NCBI RefSeq assembly: GCF_003611605.1
Contig: NZ_RAVX01000011.1
Location: 4,811 to 68,810, forward strand
Reading direction: 5' to 3'
DNA: 64,000 nt
DNA from: Corallococcus sp. AB011P
GTDB lineage: Bacteria > Myxococcota > Myxococcia > Myxococcales > Myxococcaceae
Part shown: piece after piece, positions 46,619 to 56,298 of the stretch
Numbering within the stretch: the first letter of the stretch is position 1
Layout: every line of letters begins with the position of its first letter
Position numbers and translations under genes: made by a program
The notes under the pieces: generated by a model
The model's database searches: none
Told to the model about the DNA's origin: nothing
The model's input: the letters and a program-made list of their open reading frames with translations, nothing else

Positions 46619-47125
46619 ATGCCGCAGACGGGACGCTCCGGCTGCCCCATCAACCTGACGCTCGAACAGCTCGGCGACCGTTGGAGCCTGATCGTCATCC
46701 GCGACGTCATGTTCGGGAACCGGCGCAGCTACGGCGACCTGCTCTCCCAGAGCGAAGAAGGCATCGCCTCCAACATCCTCGCGGACCGGCTCAAGCGCCT
46801 GACCGCGTCCGGCCTGCTGTCGCGGCGCCCGGATCCGAAGCACCAGCAGAAAGGCGTCTACAGCCTCACGGAGGCGTCCATCCAATTGGTTCCCCTGCTC
46901 GCGCACATGGGTGCCTGGGGCCGCCGGCACACGGAGGTGAGCGAGGAGCTGTCGGTGCGCGCGGAGCTGCTGGAGAAGGGCGGCCCGCCGCTCTGGGATG
47001 CGTTCATGGAGGAGCTGCGCCACCTGCACCTGGACGCGCAGCGCCCTTCCCGCTCGGTGTTCCGGGAGCTTCAGGTCGCCTATGAGAAGGCCGTCGCGCG
47101 CAACGCTCGGGACGGACGGACCTGA
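46619..47125 (+). CDS. HxlR-family winged-helix transcriptional regulator
   Basis: ATG 46619 with GGAGAA upstream. CPINLTLEQLGDRWSLIVIRDVMFGNRRSYGDL...IASNILADRLKRLTASGLL. Confidence 0.75.
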   Translation: MPQTGRSGCPINLTLEQLGDRWSLIVIRDVMFGNRRSYGDLLSQSEEGIASNILADRLKRLTASGLLSRRPDPKHQQKGVYSLTEASIQLVPLLAHMGAWGRRHTEVSEELSVRAELLEKGGPPLWDAFMEELRHLHLDAQRPSRSVFRELQVAYEKAVARNARDGRT

Positions 47126-47148
47126 AGCGGGTAGCGTTCACCGCCCTC

Positions 47149-47769
47149 ATGAAAGTCATCGGCTGTTGGATGTTCGTCCTGCTGTGCGCGCTGTGGCTTC
47201 CCGCCTGCGGTCCCTACGACTGCACCGCGGAGAACTGCGCGGACGGCTGCTGCTCCGCGCTCAATGAGTGCATCCGCTACCGGAGTGACTCGGAATGCGG
47301 CCCCAATGGCGGCACCTGTGAAGCGTGCGCGGAAGGCAGTGTCTGCCGGCTCGACCAGCGCGCCTGCTACGCGGGCGTGATGCGCACCTACGTGCAGCCC
47401 CGGCGGGCCGTCATCGCGGACGTCGACCCGGACACGGGCGAGGACTGGGACTCCGACGGCTCCCCGCCGGACGTCGTCGTGGAGATGAAGTGTCCCTCCG
47501 CTCCCGAGCGCTCCCGCACCCCCGAGGACGAGAGCTGGGACCCCGAATGGCGCTCCGGCGGCTGCCAGGTCATCACCTCCAACCTCCTGCGCTACCCGCT
47601 CGAAATCTCCATCTTCGACAACGACGACTTCACCTTCGATGACGAGTTCGGCGGCCTCTCCTACCAGGTCACCCGCGCGGACCTGAACCTGGGCCGCATC
47701 GAGCTCTCCATCCCGCCCATCGTGAAGACGCTCGTCTTCGACCTGAGCCACAACTACGCGCCGCAATGA
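47149..47769 (+). CDS. Cys-rich lipoprotein, high-GC paralog of 39246..39923
   Basis: Lipobox LWLPACGP. ENCADGCCSALNEC...CGPNGGTCEACAEGSVCRLDQRACY. DGSPPD, RSGGCQV. Confidence 0.65.
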   Translation: MKVIGCWMFVLLCALWLPACGPYDCTAENCADGCCSALNECIRYRSDSECGPNGGTCEACAEGSVCRLDQRACYAGVMRTYVQPRRAVIADVDPDTGEDWDSDGSPPDVVVEMKCPSAPERSRTPEDESWDPEWRSGGCQVITSNLLRYPLEISIFDNDDFTFDDEFGGLSYQVTRADLNLGRIELSIPPIVKTLVFDLSHNYAPQ

Positions 47770-47817
47770 GCCGGGCCCGGCTGTAACCGCCGTCGCGCCC
47801 CTGGCGTAGTCCTGACC

Positions 47818-48300
47818 ATGCGCGCCCACCTCCTGCCGCTCATGGCCCTGTTCGCCGCCTGTGGTCCCTCCTCCTCCGTGGACGAGGGGCTCGGCGTCCT
47901 CCAGGGCATCGACACCTCCGAGAAGGGCATCACGGCCTTCGTCCGCTCGGGCCAGTACACCTCCTGGCTCGCGGAGCCCTCGGTCCACGACACGCGCGCT
48001 CCCCACGGCAGCAAGGTCCGCGTGTTCTTCAACGACGTCGTCGCGCAGTCGCTTCGCGACGGCAATGCCACGCACCCCGTGGGCAGCATCCTGGTGAAGG
48101 AGCTCTTCGAGGACGACGGGAAGACGCTCCGGGGCCACGCGCTGGACGTGAAGGTCGCGGAAGGACCCGGCAAGGACACCTGGCTCTTCTTCGAGGGCTT
48201 CGGCCCCGACTACACCCGGAACTACTACGGCCGCGCCCACTCGACCTGCCACGGCTGCCACTCCGACGGGACGGACTACGTCACCTCACCGCTGCCGTGA
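47818..48300 (+). CDS. Lipoprotein with C-terminal CxxCH haem-binding motif (cytochrome P460-like)
   Basis: Lipobox LFAACG. HSTCHGCHSDG (CHGCH = CxxCH) near the C-terminus. ILVKELFEDDGK upstream. Confidence 0.5.
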   Translation: MRAHLLPLMALFAACGPSSSVDEGLGVLQGIDTSEKGITAFVRSGQYTSWLAEPSVHDTRAPHGSKVRVFFNDVVAQSLRDGNATHPVGSILVKELFEDDGKTLRGHALDVKVAEGPGKDTWLFFEGFGPDYTRNYYGRAHSTCHGCHSDGTDYVTSPLP

Positions 48301-48362
48301 AAATGACGACGGGCGGCCCCCTTTCGAGGACCGCCCGCCGTTGAACGCCCTGTCTGCCCGGC

Positions 48363-49403
48363 CTACCGCGCCGTGGACTTGCGGCGCATCAGGAACACAC
48401 CCAGGCCCACGCCCGCGACCCACTTCGCCGCGGCGGCCAGCGGCGTCTTGCTCAGCGCCACCGGTCGGCTCTCGTACCGCGGCTGGGGCGGAACCGGACG
48501 GAAGTCCGTGGCGCCGGGGAGGTTCGCGCCCTCCTCTTCCGCCTCCGTCTTCGTCACGTTCGGTCCCGGCGCGTCCGGATCACGCGAACCCGGCGCCTTC
48601 CCGTCCGGCGACTTGTGCTCGAGGATGCCGTTGATCTCCGCGCCCAGCAGCACGACCATGCAGGAGATCTGCATCCACAGCAGCATCACGATGACGCCGC
48701 CGATGGCGCCGTAGTTCACGTCGTACGAGCCGAAGTTCGCCACGTACTTCGAGAACCCCCACGAGGCGATCACCCAGATGACCACGCTCACCACCGACCC
48801 CGGCGTGATGAACTTGAACTTCTGCTTCACGTCCGGCAGCACGTAGTACAGCACCGCCAGCAGCAGCATCATCAGCAGGCCCGCCACCGGCATGCGCAGC
48901 CACAGCACGATGCTGGTGAACGGCTCGCCCAGCCTGTTCGCGATCGCCGGCGTCACGATGGCGACGAGGGCCGCCAGCACCACCGTCACCGCCGTCCCCA
49001 GCGTCGTCAGTAGCGCGAGGCCGCGCTTCTTCCAGAACGGGCGCTTCTCCGTCACGCCGTAGACCGTGTTGAGCGCGTCCATCAGCGCCACCACACCGCC
49101 GGAGGCCGCCCAGATGGCGCCCACGCCACCGATCGTCAGCAACCCCACCGGATTGCTGCTCGCCAGCGCCTCCAGCCGCTCGCCCAGGATCTTCGTCACC
49201 TCCTGGGGCGCCACCTTCGACAGCTCCTGGATGAGCTGCTGCGCCTGGTGCGGATCAATCAGCACACCGGCCAGTGACACGAGGAACAGCAGGAACGGGA
49301 ACAGCGCCATGATGGCGGAGAACGTCAGCGCGCCCGCGACGTTGCCCACGTTGTCGCGCCCCCACTCGTCCTTGAGGGACTTGAAGAAATCCTTCCAACT
49401 CAT
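48363..49403 (-). CDS. YihY/BrkB-family inner-membrane protein
   Basis: The internal ATG (MSWKDFFKSLKDEWGRDNVGNVAGALTFSAIMALFPFLLFLVSL...) shows a typical YihY N-terminus and six TM segments. My hand count of the start is uncertain by 1-2 nt. Confidence 0.75.
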   Translation of the reverse strand: MSWKDFFKSLKDEWGRDNVGNVAGALTFSAIMALFPFLLFLVSLAGVLIDPHQAQQLIQELSKVAPQEVTKILGERLEALASSNPVGLLTIGGVGAIWAASGGVVALMDALNTVYGVTEKRPFWKKRGLALLTTLGTAVTVVLAALVAIVTPAIANRLGEPFTSIVLWLRMPVAGLLMMLLLAVLYYVLPDVKQKFKFITPGSVVSVVIWVIASWGFSKYVANFGSYDVNYGAIGGVIVMLLWMQISCMVVLLGAEINGILEHKSPDGKAPGSRDPDAPGPNVTKTEAEEEGANLPGATDFRPVPPQPRYESRPVALSKTPLAAAAKWVAGVGLGVFLMRRKSTAR

Positions 49404-49569
49404 TCCCCTGCCGGGCAGGACCATGCGTCTCCTCCTTGGAGGAGATTGGGCATTCCATCCCCCGGCTGGCTTCCTCCTCCGGGACGTTGCCCGCTCCCCT
49501 GCCTGCTCACCGCGCAGGGGGCGGGGAATGACAAGCCCCCGCGCCACGCCTGCCCGGCCGCCCCTCGCG

Positions 49570-50115
49570 TTAGAAAACGGGCAGCACGGGCGCGTCCTTC
49601 AGCCGGGGCGCGCGCTGATCCTTCGGCGAAAGCAGGGGCTCCTTCACGGGCCAGGGAATGGCCAGGTCCGGATCATCCCAGACGACACTCCGCTCGGACT
49701 CCGGGGAGTACAGCGCGGTGCACTTGTAGAAGAAGTCCGCCGAGTCGCTCACCACGCAGAACCCGTGCGCGAAGCCCGGGGGCACCCAGAGCTGGTGCTT
49801 GTTCTCGCCCGTCAGCTCCGCGGCCACCCAGCGGCCGAACGTGGGCGACCCCTTGCGGATGTCCACCGCCACGTCCCACACCGCGCCCGCCAGGCACTGC
49901 ACCAGCTTGCCCTGCGCGTTCGGCTCCTGGAAGTGCAGCCCTCGCAGCGTGCCCTTCACCGAGCGCGACAGGTTGTCCTGCACGAACGGGCCGACCACCC
50001 CCACGTCCGCGTAGCGCTTCGCGTGGAAGGACTCGAGGAAGAAGCCCCGGTCGTCGCCGAACACCTTCGGCTCGATGAGCAGGACGTCCGGAATCTCCAG
50101 CGGGGTGACCTTCAC
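49570..50115 (-). CDS. rfbC: dTDP-4-dehydrorhamnose 3,5-epimerase
   Basis: GTG 50115 ([26 protein letters not shown]) overlaps the rfbA stop (GTGA); 182 aa versus E. coli RmlC 185 aa. Confidence 0.8.
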   Translation of the reverse strand: MKVTPLEIPDVLLIEPKVFGDDRGFFLESFHAKRYADVGVVGPFVQDNLSRSVKGTLRGLHFQEPNAQGKLVQCLAGAVWDVAVDIRKGSPTFGRWVAAELTGENKHQLWVPPGFAHGFCVVSDSADFFYKCTALYSPESERSVVWDDPDLAIPWPVKEPLLSPKDQRAPRLKDAPVLPVF

Positions 50116-50993
50116 GACACCGCCCCCCGCTTCTCCAGCAGGTCCAGCAGGTACTGGCCGTACTCGTTCTTGCGCATGGGCTCCGCCAGCGCCGTCAGCC
50201 GCTGCTCGTCGATGTAGCCCATGCGGAAGGCGATCTCCTCCGGACAGGCCACCTTGAGGCCCTGACGGCGCTCGATGATCTCGATGTAGTTGGAGGCCTG
50301 CATCAGCGACTCGTGCGTGCCGGTGTCCAGCCACGCGTAGCCGCGTCCCATCAGCTCCACGTTGAGCTGGCCGCGGCGCAGGTACTCCGCGTTGACGTCG
50401 GTGATCTCGTACTCGCCGCGCTTGCCCGGCTTGAGGTTCGCCGCGATGTCGATGACCTGGTTGTCGTAGAAGTACAGGCCGGTGACGGCGTAGTGCGACT
50501 TGGGCTTCGCCGGCTTCTCCTCGATGCTGACGGCCTTGTGCTGGGCGTTGAGCTCCACCACGCCGTAGCGCTCCGGATCCTTCACGTAGTAGCCGAACAC
50601 CGTGGCGCCCTGCGTGCGCTTCGACGCGCGCTGGGTGAGCTCCCCCATGCCGTGGCCGTAGAAGATGTTGTCACCCAGGATGAGCGACACGGGGTCCTTG
50701 CCCACGAAGTCCCGGCCGATGACGAACGCCTGCGCCAGTCCCTCCGGGCGCGGCTGCTCGGCGTACTGGAAGCGCACGCCCCACTGCTCTCCGTCGCCCA
50801 ACAGCTCGCGGAAGCGCGGCAGGTCCTGCGGCGTGGAGATGATGAGGATCTCCCGGATGCCCGCCAGCATCAGCGTCGTCAGCGGGTAGTAGATCATCGG
50901 CTTGTCGTAGACGGGCAACAGCTGCTTGCTCACCACGCGCGTCAGCGGGTACAGGCGCGTGCCCGACCCCCCGGCCAGAACGATTCCCTTCAT
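50112..50993 (-). CDS. rfbA: Glucose-1-phosphate thymidylyltransferase
   Basis: ATG 50993: [18 protein letters not shown]... Confidence 0.9.
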   Translation of the reverse strand: MKGIVLAGGSGTRLYPLTRVVSKQLLPVYDKPMIYYPLTTLMLAGIREILIISTPQDLPRFRELLGDGEQWGVRFQYAEQPRPEGLAQAFVIGRDFVGKDPVSLILGDNIFYGHGMGELTQRASKRTQGATVFGYYVKDPERYGVVELNAQHKAVSIEEKPAKPKSHYAVTGLYFYDNQVIDIAANLKPGKRGEYEITDVNAEYLRRGQLNVELMGRGYAWLDTGTHESLMQASNYIEIIERRQGLKVACPEEIAFRMGYIDEQRLTALAEPMRKNEYGQYLLDLLEKRGAVS

Positions 50994-51065
50994 GCGTTCT
51001 CCCCTGTGTTCCACGGCCCGGCCGCGAAACGGATGCGCGCGGCCCTGCCGCCACGCGCTCGATGC

Positions 51066-51965
51066 TCACCCGGCGCGGTGCGCCTTCCAGGCCGCGTGGA
51101 AGCGCGCCAGCGACTCCGCCAGCTCCAGCGGCTGGGCCTTCAGCTCCGTGCGCACCTTGTCCGTCTTGAGGCCGCTGCGCAGCGGACGGGGGCTGGCCAG
51201 CTTCAGGTCCGCCATCCGCGTGGGCGTAATCAGCGACGCGTCGAAGCCGAACACCTCGCAGAGCGCCCGTCCGAAGCCCACCCGGTCGATGACCGTGCCG
51301 CCGCAGGTGTTCCACACCCCGCCGAGCCGGCGCTCACCCAGCTCCACCAGCATGGCGGCCACGCTGTCCGCGAAGCTGGGGGACACCACCTGGTCCTCGA
51401 AGAGCTTCACCGGCTGGCCCTTCTCCAGCGCCCCCACCAGCCAGGCCCCGAAGTTGGGACGCCCCGCCGCGGGCCAGCCATACACCACCGCCGTGCGCGC
51501 GATGGCACAGCCCGGCGCGAAGACGCGCGCCGCCTGCTCCGCCATGTGCTTCGTCAGCGCGTACACGCCGCGGGGGTTGGGCAGCGCGTCCTCGGAGTAC
51601 GGCCCCGCGTCCCCGTCGAAGACGTAGTCCGTGGAGACGTGCACCAGGTGCGCGCCCGCGAGCTTCGCCGCCCGGGCCACCGCCGCCGTGGCGTGGACGT
51701 TCGCCGCGTAGGCCGCGTCCGGGTCCTTCTCACACGCGTCCACCTCCGTCATGGAGGCGGGGTGGATGATGGCCTCCGGACGGGCCTGGGCGATGGCGGC
51801 GGCCACGTCCTGCTCGCGCGTGAGGTCCACCTCCACGTAGCCGTGCGTGCCGCCCGTGCGCCGGGGACCGCGCCCCAGGCCCACGACTTCATGTCCGCGC
51901 TCGGTCAGCTGCGCGCAGACGCGGCTGCCCACCAGACCGTTGGCCCCCGTGACGAGAAAGCGCAT
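51066..51965 (-). CDS. rfbD: dTDP-4-dehydrorhamnose reductase
   Basis: MRFLVTGANGLVGSRV...; 4 nt after the rfbB stop. Confidence 0.85.
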   Translation of the reverse strand: MRFLVTGANGLVGSRVCAQLTERGHEVVGLGRGPRRTGGTHGYVEVDLTREQDVAAAIAQARPEAIIHPASMTEVDACEKDPDAAYAANVHATAAVARAAKLAGAHLVHVSTDYVFDGDAGPYSEDALPNPRGVYALTKHMAEQAARVFAPGCAIARTAVVYGWPAAGRPNFGAWLVGALEKGQPVKLFEDQVVSPSFADSVAAMLVELGERRLGGVWNTCGGTVIDRVGFGRALCEVFGFDASLITPTRMADLKLASPRPLRSGLKTDKVRTELKAQPLELAESLARFHAAWKAHRAG

Positions 51966-51969
51966 GGTG

Positions 51970-52995
51970 CTAACCCCGCCCCTGCAGACGGGCCTTGTAC
52001 TGGGTGTCGAAGTACTGGCGGTAGGCGCCGCTGGTCACCCGCTCCCACCAGGCGCGGTTCTCCACGTACCAGGTCACCGTGTCCGCCAGCCCCTGCTCGA
52101 AGGTGTGCTTCGCCTTCCAGCCCAGCTCCGTGCGGATCTTCGTGGGGTCGATGGCGTAGCGGCGGTCATGGCCGGGGCGGTCCGCCACGTACTGGATGAG
52201 CGACTCGGGCTTCTTCAGCAGGCCCAGGATGCCCTTGACGATCTCGATGTTGCGCCGCTCGGAGCCGCCGCCGATGTTGTAGACCTCGCCCGCGCGGCCC
52301 TTCTCCAGCGCCACCAGCAGGCCCTGGCAGTGGTCCTCCACGTGGAGCCAGTCGCGCACGTTGGCGCCGTCGCCGTAGACGGGCAGCGGCTTGTCGTGCA
52401 GCGCGTTCACCACCATCAGCGGGATGAGCTTCTCCGGGAACTGGTAGCGGCCGTAGTTGTTCGAGCAGCGCGTCACCACCACGTCCATCTTGAACGTGTG
52501 GTGGTAGGCCAGCGCGACCAGGTCCGAGGACGTCTTGGAGGCGGAGTACGGGCTGGAGGGCTGGAGCGGAGAGGTCTCCGTGAAGGCGCCCGTGGGGCCC
52601 AACGAGCCGTAGACCTCATCGGTGGAGACCATCAGGAAGCGCTTCACGCCCCGGGCGCGGCAGGCCTCCAGGAGCTGCTGGGTGCCCAGCACGTTGGTGT
52701 TGATGAACACCTCCGGGCCCAGGATGGAGCGGTCCACGTGGCTTTCGGCCGCCAGGTGCATCACCGCGTCGATGCCGTGCTGGACGATGAGGTGCTCCAC
52801 CAGCTCCCGGTTGCCGATGTCGCCGCGCACGAAGACGTGCCGCGGGTCGCCTTCCAAATCGGCGAGCGTCTCGAGGTTGCCCGCGTACGTGAGCTTGTCG
52901 AGGTTGACGATCTTCCAGTCGGGCCGCTCGCGGCGGAGGTACTTCACCAGGTTGGAGCCGATGAAGCCGCAGCCCCCTGTCACCAGGACGTTCAT
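51970..52995 (-). CDS. rfbB: dTDP-glucose 4,6-dehydratase
   Basis: Internal ATG 52995 of track ORF 51970..54900: MNVLVTGGCGFIGSNLV...YSASK... The upstream 650 aa of that ORF is antisense shadow of the GT4 gene. Confidence 0.9.
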   Translation of the reverse strand: MNVLVTGGCGFIGSNLVKYLRRERPDWKIVNLDKLTYAGNLETLADLEGDPRHVFVRGDIGNRELVEHLIVQHGIDAVMHLAAESHVDRSILGPEVFINTNVLGTQQLLEACRARGVKRFLMVSTDEVYGSLGPTGAFTETSPLQPSSPYSASKTSSDLVALAYHHTFKMDVVVTRCSNNYGRYQFPEKLIPLMVVNALHDKPLPVYGDGANVRDWLHVEDHCQGLLVALEKGRAGEVYNIGGGSERRNIEIVKGILGLLKKPESLIQYVADRPGHDRRYAIDPTKIRTELGWKAKHTFEQGLADTVTWYVENRAWWERVTSGAYRQYFDTQYKARLQGRG

Positions 52996-53109
52996 TGACA
53001 CGCCACCACTCGTACGTCGGGAGAAAGCGCCCTCCGTAGCGGAGGGACGGATCCCCGTCAAGGCAAGCGCGCGCCCACTTGTGGCCGGTGCGGGCCAGGG
53101 GTAAATGCC

Positions 53110-54756
53110 ATGACCAACGTGAGCCTCTGGAACAGCAAGCGAGGGACCGCGTCCTCGAGTCCCGGAGCGGTCCACCAGCTCGTGCCGCGGCTGGCCTGGG
53201 GCGACGCCGTGGGCAACCAGGTGCGCTACCTGCGCGACCTCCTGCGCGGATGGGGGTACGCGTCGGAGATCTACGCGGAGCAGTGGGACGAGGCGTGCCG
53301 CGACGAGGTGCGCCCCGCGCTCGACTACGCGCGCGACGCGGGCCGGGACACGGCGCTGCTCGTCCACCACAGCTTCGAGTCGCGGCTGGTGCCGCTGGTG
53401 GCCAAGGCGAAGGGGCGCAAGGCGCTGCTGTACCACAACGTCACCCCCGAGCGGTTCTTCGAGGGCACGGACCGCCACGTCGCCCGCGGCTGCATGCTGG
53501 CGCGCGATGAGCTGCTCCAGCTGCGCGAGCACGTGACGCACGCCTGGGCGTACTCGCACTTCAGCGTGGAGGAACTGTCCGCCGCGGGGTACCCGGACGC
53601 GAGCGTCCTGCCCTTCGCGGTGGACTGGAACGCCTTCAACGTGCCGCCGGACGCGGCCCTGCGCGAGCAGGTGGAGGATGGGTGCGCCAACGTGCTCTTC
53701 GTGGGCCGCACCGTGCCCAGCAAGCGGCTGGAGGACGTGCTGCGCGTCTTCACCGCCTACCAGCGCCTGTACCAGCCCAAGAGCCGGCTGCTGGTGGCGG
53801 GGACGCTCTACAGCAGCGCGCCCTATGACGCGTCCGTGCTGGCGCTGCGCGAGCAGCTGGGGCCGGACCGCGTGGTGTTCCTGGGGCGGGTGGACGCCGC
53901 CCAGCTGTCCGCGTGCTTCGCCTCCGCCACCGCGTACCTCTCCATGAGCCGCCACGAGGGCTTCGGCGTGCCGCTGCTGGAGGCCATGTACCGGGGCGTG
54001 CCGGTGGTGGCCTACGGCGCCGCGGCGGTGCCGGAGACCATGGGCGGCGCGGGCCTCACCACCCTGTCGGACGACCCGTCGCAGGTGGCGGGGCTCCTGG
54101 CGGTGCTGGAGCGCGACCCCGCCCTGCGCTCGCGGGTGGTGGAGGCGCAGCGCCAGCGCCTGGCGTCCCTGGACCAGCAGTCCGTGGCCCAGCGCGTGCG
54201 CGAAGCGCTCATGCCCTTCCTCCAGGGGGACGCGCCCCCTCCCCGTCCGCCCGTCGGGCCCGCCGTCACCGTCGTGTGCCCGGGCTTCGACGCCGCGCCG
54301 GATGCGCCCATGTCCCGGTTGGCGCGCGCGGTGGTGGACCGGCTGCCGGACGCGAGCCTGTGGACGGTGCGCCGGCAGGTGCTGCCCCTGCGGCTGGCCC
54401 CGCGCGATGAGCGCGAGGGTGTGACGCGGGTGCGGCGCTTCACGCCGGACGAGCCCTCCTTCGGGTTGGACGGGGTCAGCCCGCCGTCCTCTTCGCTGGA
54501 GACGGGCGTGCGGTGCGCCCCGGGGCCGTTGCTGTTCGCGGGCGCCGGTGAGGAGGTGGCCCGGCGCACGGTGTCGCGGCTGCCGGCGGACACGCGCGTC
54601 GCGGGCGTCTGGGAGCCCCGCCGCGCGCCGGACGCCGGCGTCCGACAGGCCCTGGGGAAGAGGCTGTGGGAGCTCTCCCCGGGGCGCGACCTGACGTCGC
54701 TGGCGGCGGAGCTGGCAAGGGAGCTGGACGTGGGAGGACATCCGCATGCGCGCTGA
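53110..54756 (+). CDS. Glycosyltransferase family 4 (GT1-fold) with C-terminal extension
   Basis: The E-x7-E region is SRHEGFGVPLLEAMYRGVPVVA. Confidence 0.7.
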   Translation: MTNVSLWNSKRGTASSSPGAVHQLVPRLAWGDAVGNQVRYLRDLLRGWGYASEIYAEQWDEACRDEVRPALDYARDAGRDTALLVHHSFESRLVPLVAKAKGRKALLYHNVTPERFFEGTDRHVARGCMLARDELLQLREHVTHAWAYSHFSVEELSAAGYPDASVLPFAVDWNAFNVPPDAALREQVEDGCANVLFVGRTVPSKRLEDVLRVFTAYQRLYQPKSRLLVAGTLYSSAPYDASVLALREQLGPDRVVFLGRVDAAQLSACFASATAYLSMSRHEGFGVPLLEAMYRGVPVVAYGAAAVPETMGGAGLTTLSDDPSQVAGLLAVLERDPALRSRVVEAQRQRLASLDQQSVAQRVREALMPFLQGDAPPPRPPVGPAVTVVCPGFDAAPDAPMSRLARAVVDRLPDASLWTVRRQVLPLRLAPRDEREGVTRVRRFTPDEPSFGLDGVSPPSSSLETGVRCAPGPLLFAGAGEEVARRTVSRLPADTRVAGVWEPRRAPDAGVRQALGKRLWELSPGRDLTSLAAELARELDVGGHPHAR

Positions 54757-55261
54757 GGACCTCATCACCCACGACCCCACCGTGGAGGCGGTGCTGGAGT
54801 CCCTGGAGCGGCTGCCCACGCCCGAGCCCGAGAAGGTGGAGGCGCTGCGCCGACGCCTCGCCGCCACCCAGGCACAGGCCACCAGCACCGCGTGGCCCAC
54901 CTTCCTGGAGGGCGCGCGGCTGAAGCGCGACGCGCGCTACGCGGATCCGCCTTCGTCCCACCGGCCCCTGGTGGGGCCCGCGCTGGTGATGGCCAAGCGC
55001 GCCTTCCGGCTGGCGTTCCAGCCCTTCATCAACGAGGCGCTCCGGCGGCAGGTGGAGTTCAACGAGGCCATCCTGGACGCGCTCGCGCTCATCCACGAGC
55101 ACCAGCGCGTCCAGGCGCGCACGCAGTCCCTGTGGCGCCAGGAGGTGGAGCGCCAGTTGGAGCAGCTGACATCGCGCCCGCCTCCAGCCCCTCCGGAGCC
55201 CTCGCCGGAGCCCGAGAGGGAGCCGCCGCGCCGTGCGCCCTCGCGGCGACGGGGCCGCTAG
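54746..55261 (+). CDS. Hypothetical protein, overlaps GT4 stop by 11 nt
   Basis: ORF with a coupled start (ATGCGCGCTGA); Pro/Glu-rich tail. Confidence 0.4.
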   Translation: MRAEDLITHDPTVEAVLESLERLPTPEPEKVEALRRRLAATQAQATSTAWPTFLEGARLKRDARYADPPSSHRPLVGPALVMAKRAFRLAFQPFINEALRRQVEFNEAILDALALIHEHQRVQARTQSLWRQEVERQLEQLTSRPPPAPPEPSPEPEREPPRRAPSRRRGR

Positions 55262-55326
55262 CCTAACTGGGAGACTGGCGGACACGTGACGGGGGACGCG
55301 CGGAAGCAGTAGGGTGCCGCCCCCAT

Positions 55327-56238
55327 ATGTCCACCCCCTCGTGTCCCGCCTGTGATTCACCCTCGCTCCGTCCGTCCTTCCAGGGGCCCCGGCTGGACGT
55401 GGAGACCTGCGCTCACTGTGGCCACCGCGTGGCGAGCCACCGCGCGCCGCGCAACACCGCCGACTACCACGCGCAATATGACAGCGGCGGCTTCATGGAC
55501 TCGCTGCGCGTCACGCGCCAGCGCCAGGCCCGGCGCATCGTCGAGCGCCTGCGCCACCACGTCCCCCAGCCCTCACGGCTCCTGGACTTCGGTGCGGGCC
55601 GGGCCTGGTTCCTGGAGGGCTGCCGCGAGGCGGGCGTCCAGGAGCTGTCCGGCGCGGACATCTCCGAGCTGTCCGTCAACCTGATGCGCGACGCGGGCAT
55701 CCCCGCCATGCGCCTGCCCCTCCCGGAGGGCGGACAGTGGCACCTGCCCCTCCAGGACCTGCCCTTCCGTCCGCGCATCCTCACGCTGCTGGACGTGGTG
55801 GAGCACTTCCCGGGTGCGCACCTGACGGACATGGTGCGCCACCTCGTCACCCAGCTGGCGCCCGAGCTGGAGTGGGTGGTGCTGAAGGTGCCGGTGGCCA
55901 GCGGCCTGCTCTACCGCGTCTCGCGCGCCATGGCCGGCGTGGCCTCGTCGGGGCTGCTGGAGCAGCTCTACCAGGCGGGCACCTTTCCTCCGCACGAGAG
56001 CTACTTCACCCACGACTCCATGAAGGCCTTTCTCCCGCGCGTGGGCCTGGAGCTCGTGGACGCCTTCGGGGACCTGGACTTCGAGGCCGACAGCCTGGCG
56101 GACCGGGCACACGCCCTGAAGAGGCTCCCCCGGCCGCTCGTCTCCCTGGCGGGCCAGGGGCTGGGCGCGGTGGCCCGGGGCCTGAATCTGGAGGACGCGG
56201 GTATCTTCATCGCTCGGGTGAGTGGGAACCGGGCGTAG
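55327..56238 (+). CDS. Class I SAM-dependent methyltransferase with N-terminal Zn-ribbon
   Basis: CPACDS...CAHCGH; motif I LLDFGAGRAWFLEGC. Confidence 0.65.
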   Translation: MSTPSCPACDSPSLRPSFQGPRLDVETCAHCGHRVASHRAPRNTADYHAQYDSGGFMDSLRVTRQRQARRIVERLRHHVPQPSRLLDFGAGRAWFLEGCREAGVQELSGADISELSVNLMRDAGIPAMRLPLPEGGQWHLPLQDLPFRPRILTLLDVVEHFPGAHLTDMVRHLVTQLAPELEWVVLKVPVASGLLYRVSRAMAGVASSGLLEQLYQAGTFPPHESYFTHDSMKAFLPRVGLELVDAFGDLDFEADSLADRAHALKRLPRPLVSLAGQGLGAVARGLNLEDAGIFIARVSGNRA

Positions 56239-56298
56239 CGGGTTGTTCGCGCGTGCCGGGAAACGGTAGAAGGCCCGGAAGACGCAGGAGGGGGCTGA

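Noticed and set aside
47080-48261. 393-aa minus-strand ORF overlapping the lipoprotein paralog and P460-like genes
   Set aside because: Shadow ORF; both plus-strand genes have lipoboxes and conserved motifs.
50313-52998. Plus-strand ORFs 50313..52199 and 51847..52998 across the rfb operon; also the N-terminal 650 aa of ORF 51970..54900 and the N-terminal 380 aa of ORF 20072..22072
   Set aside because: Antisense or run-on translation. The rfbB and MnmC-like genes start at internal ATGs (52995, 20923) with appropriate RBS and homolog-consistent N-termini.
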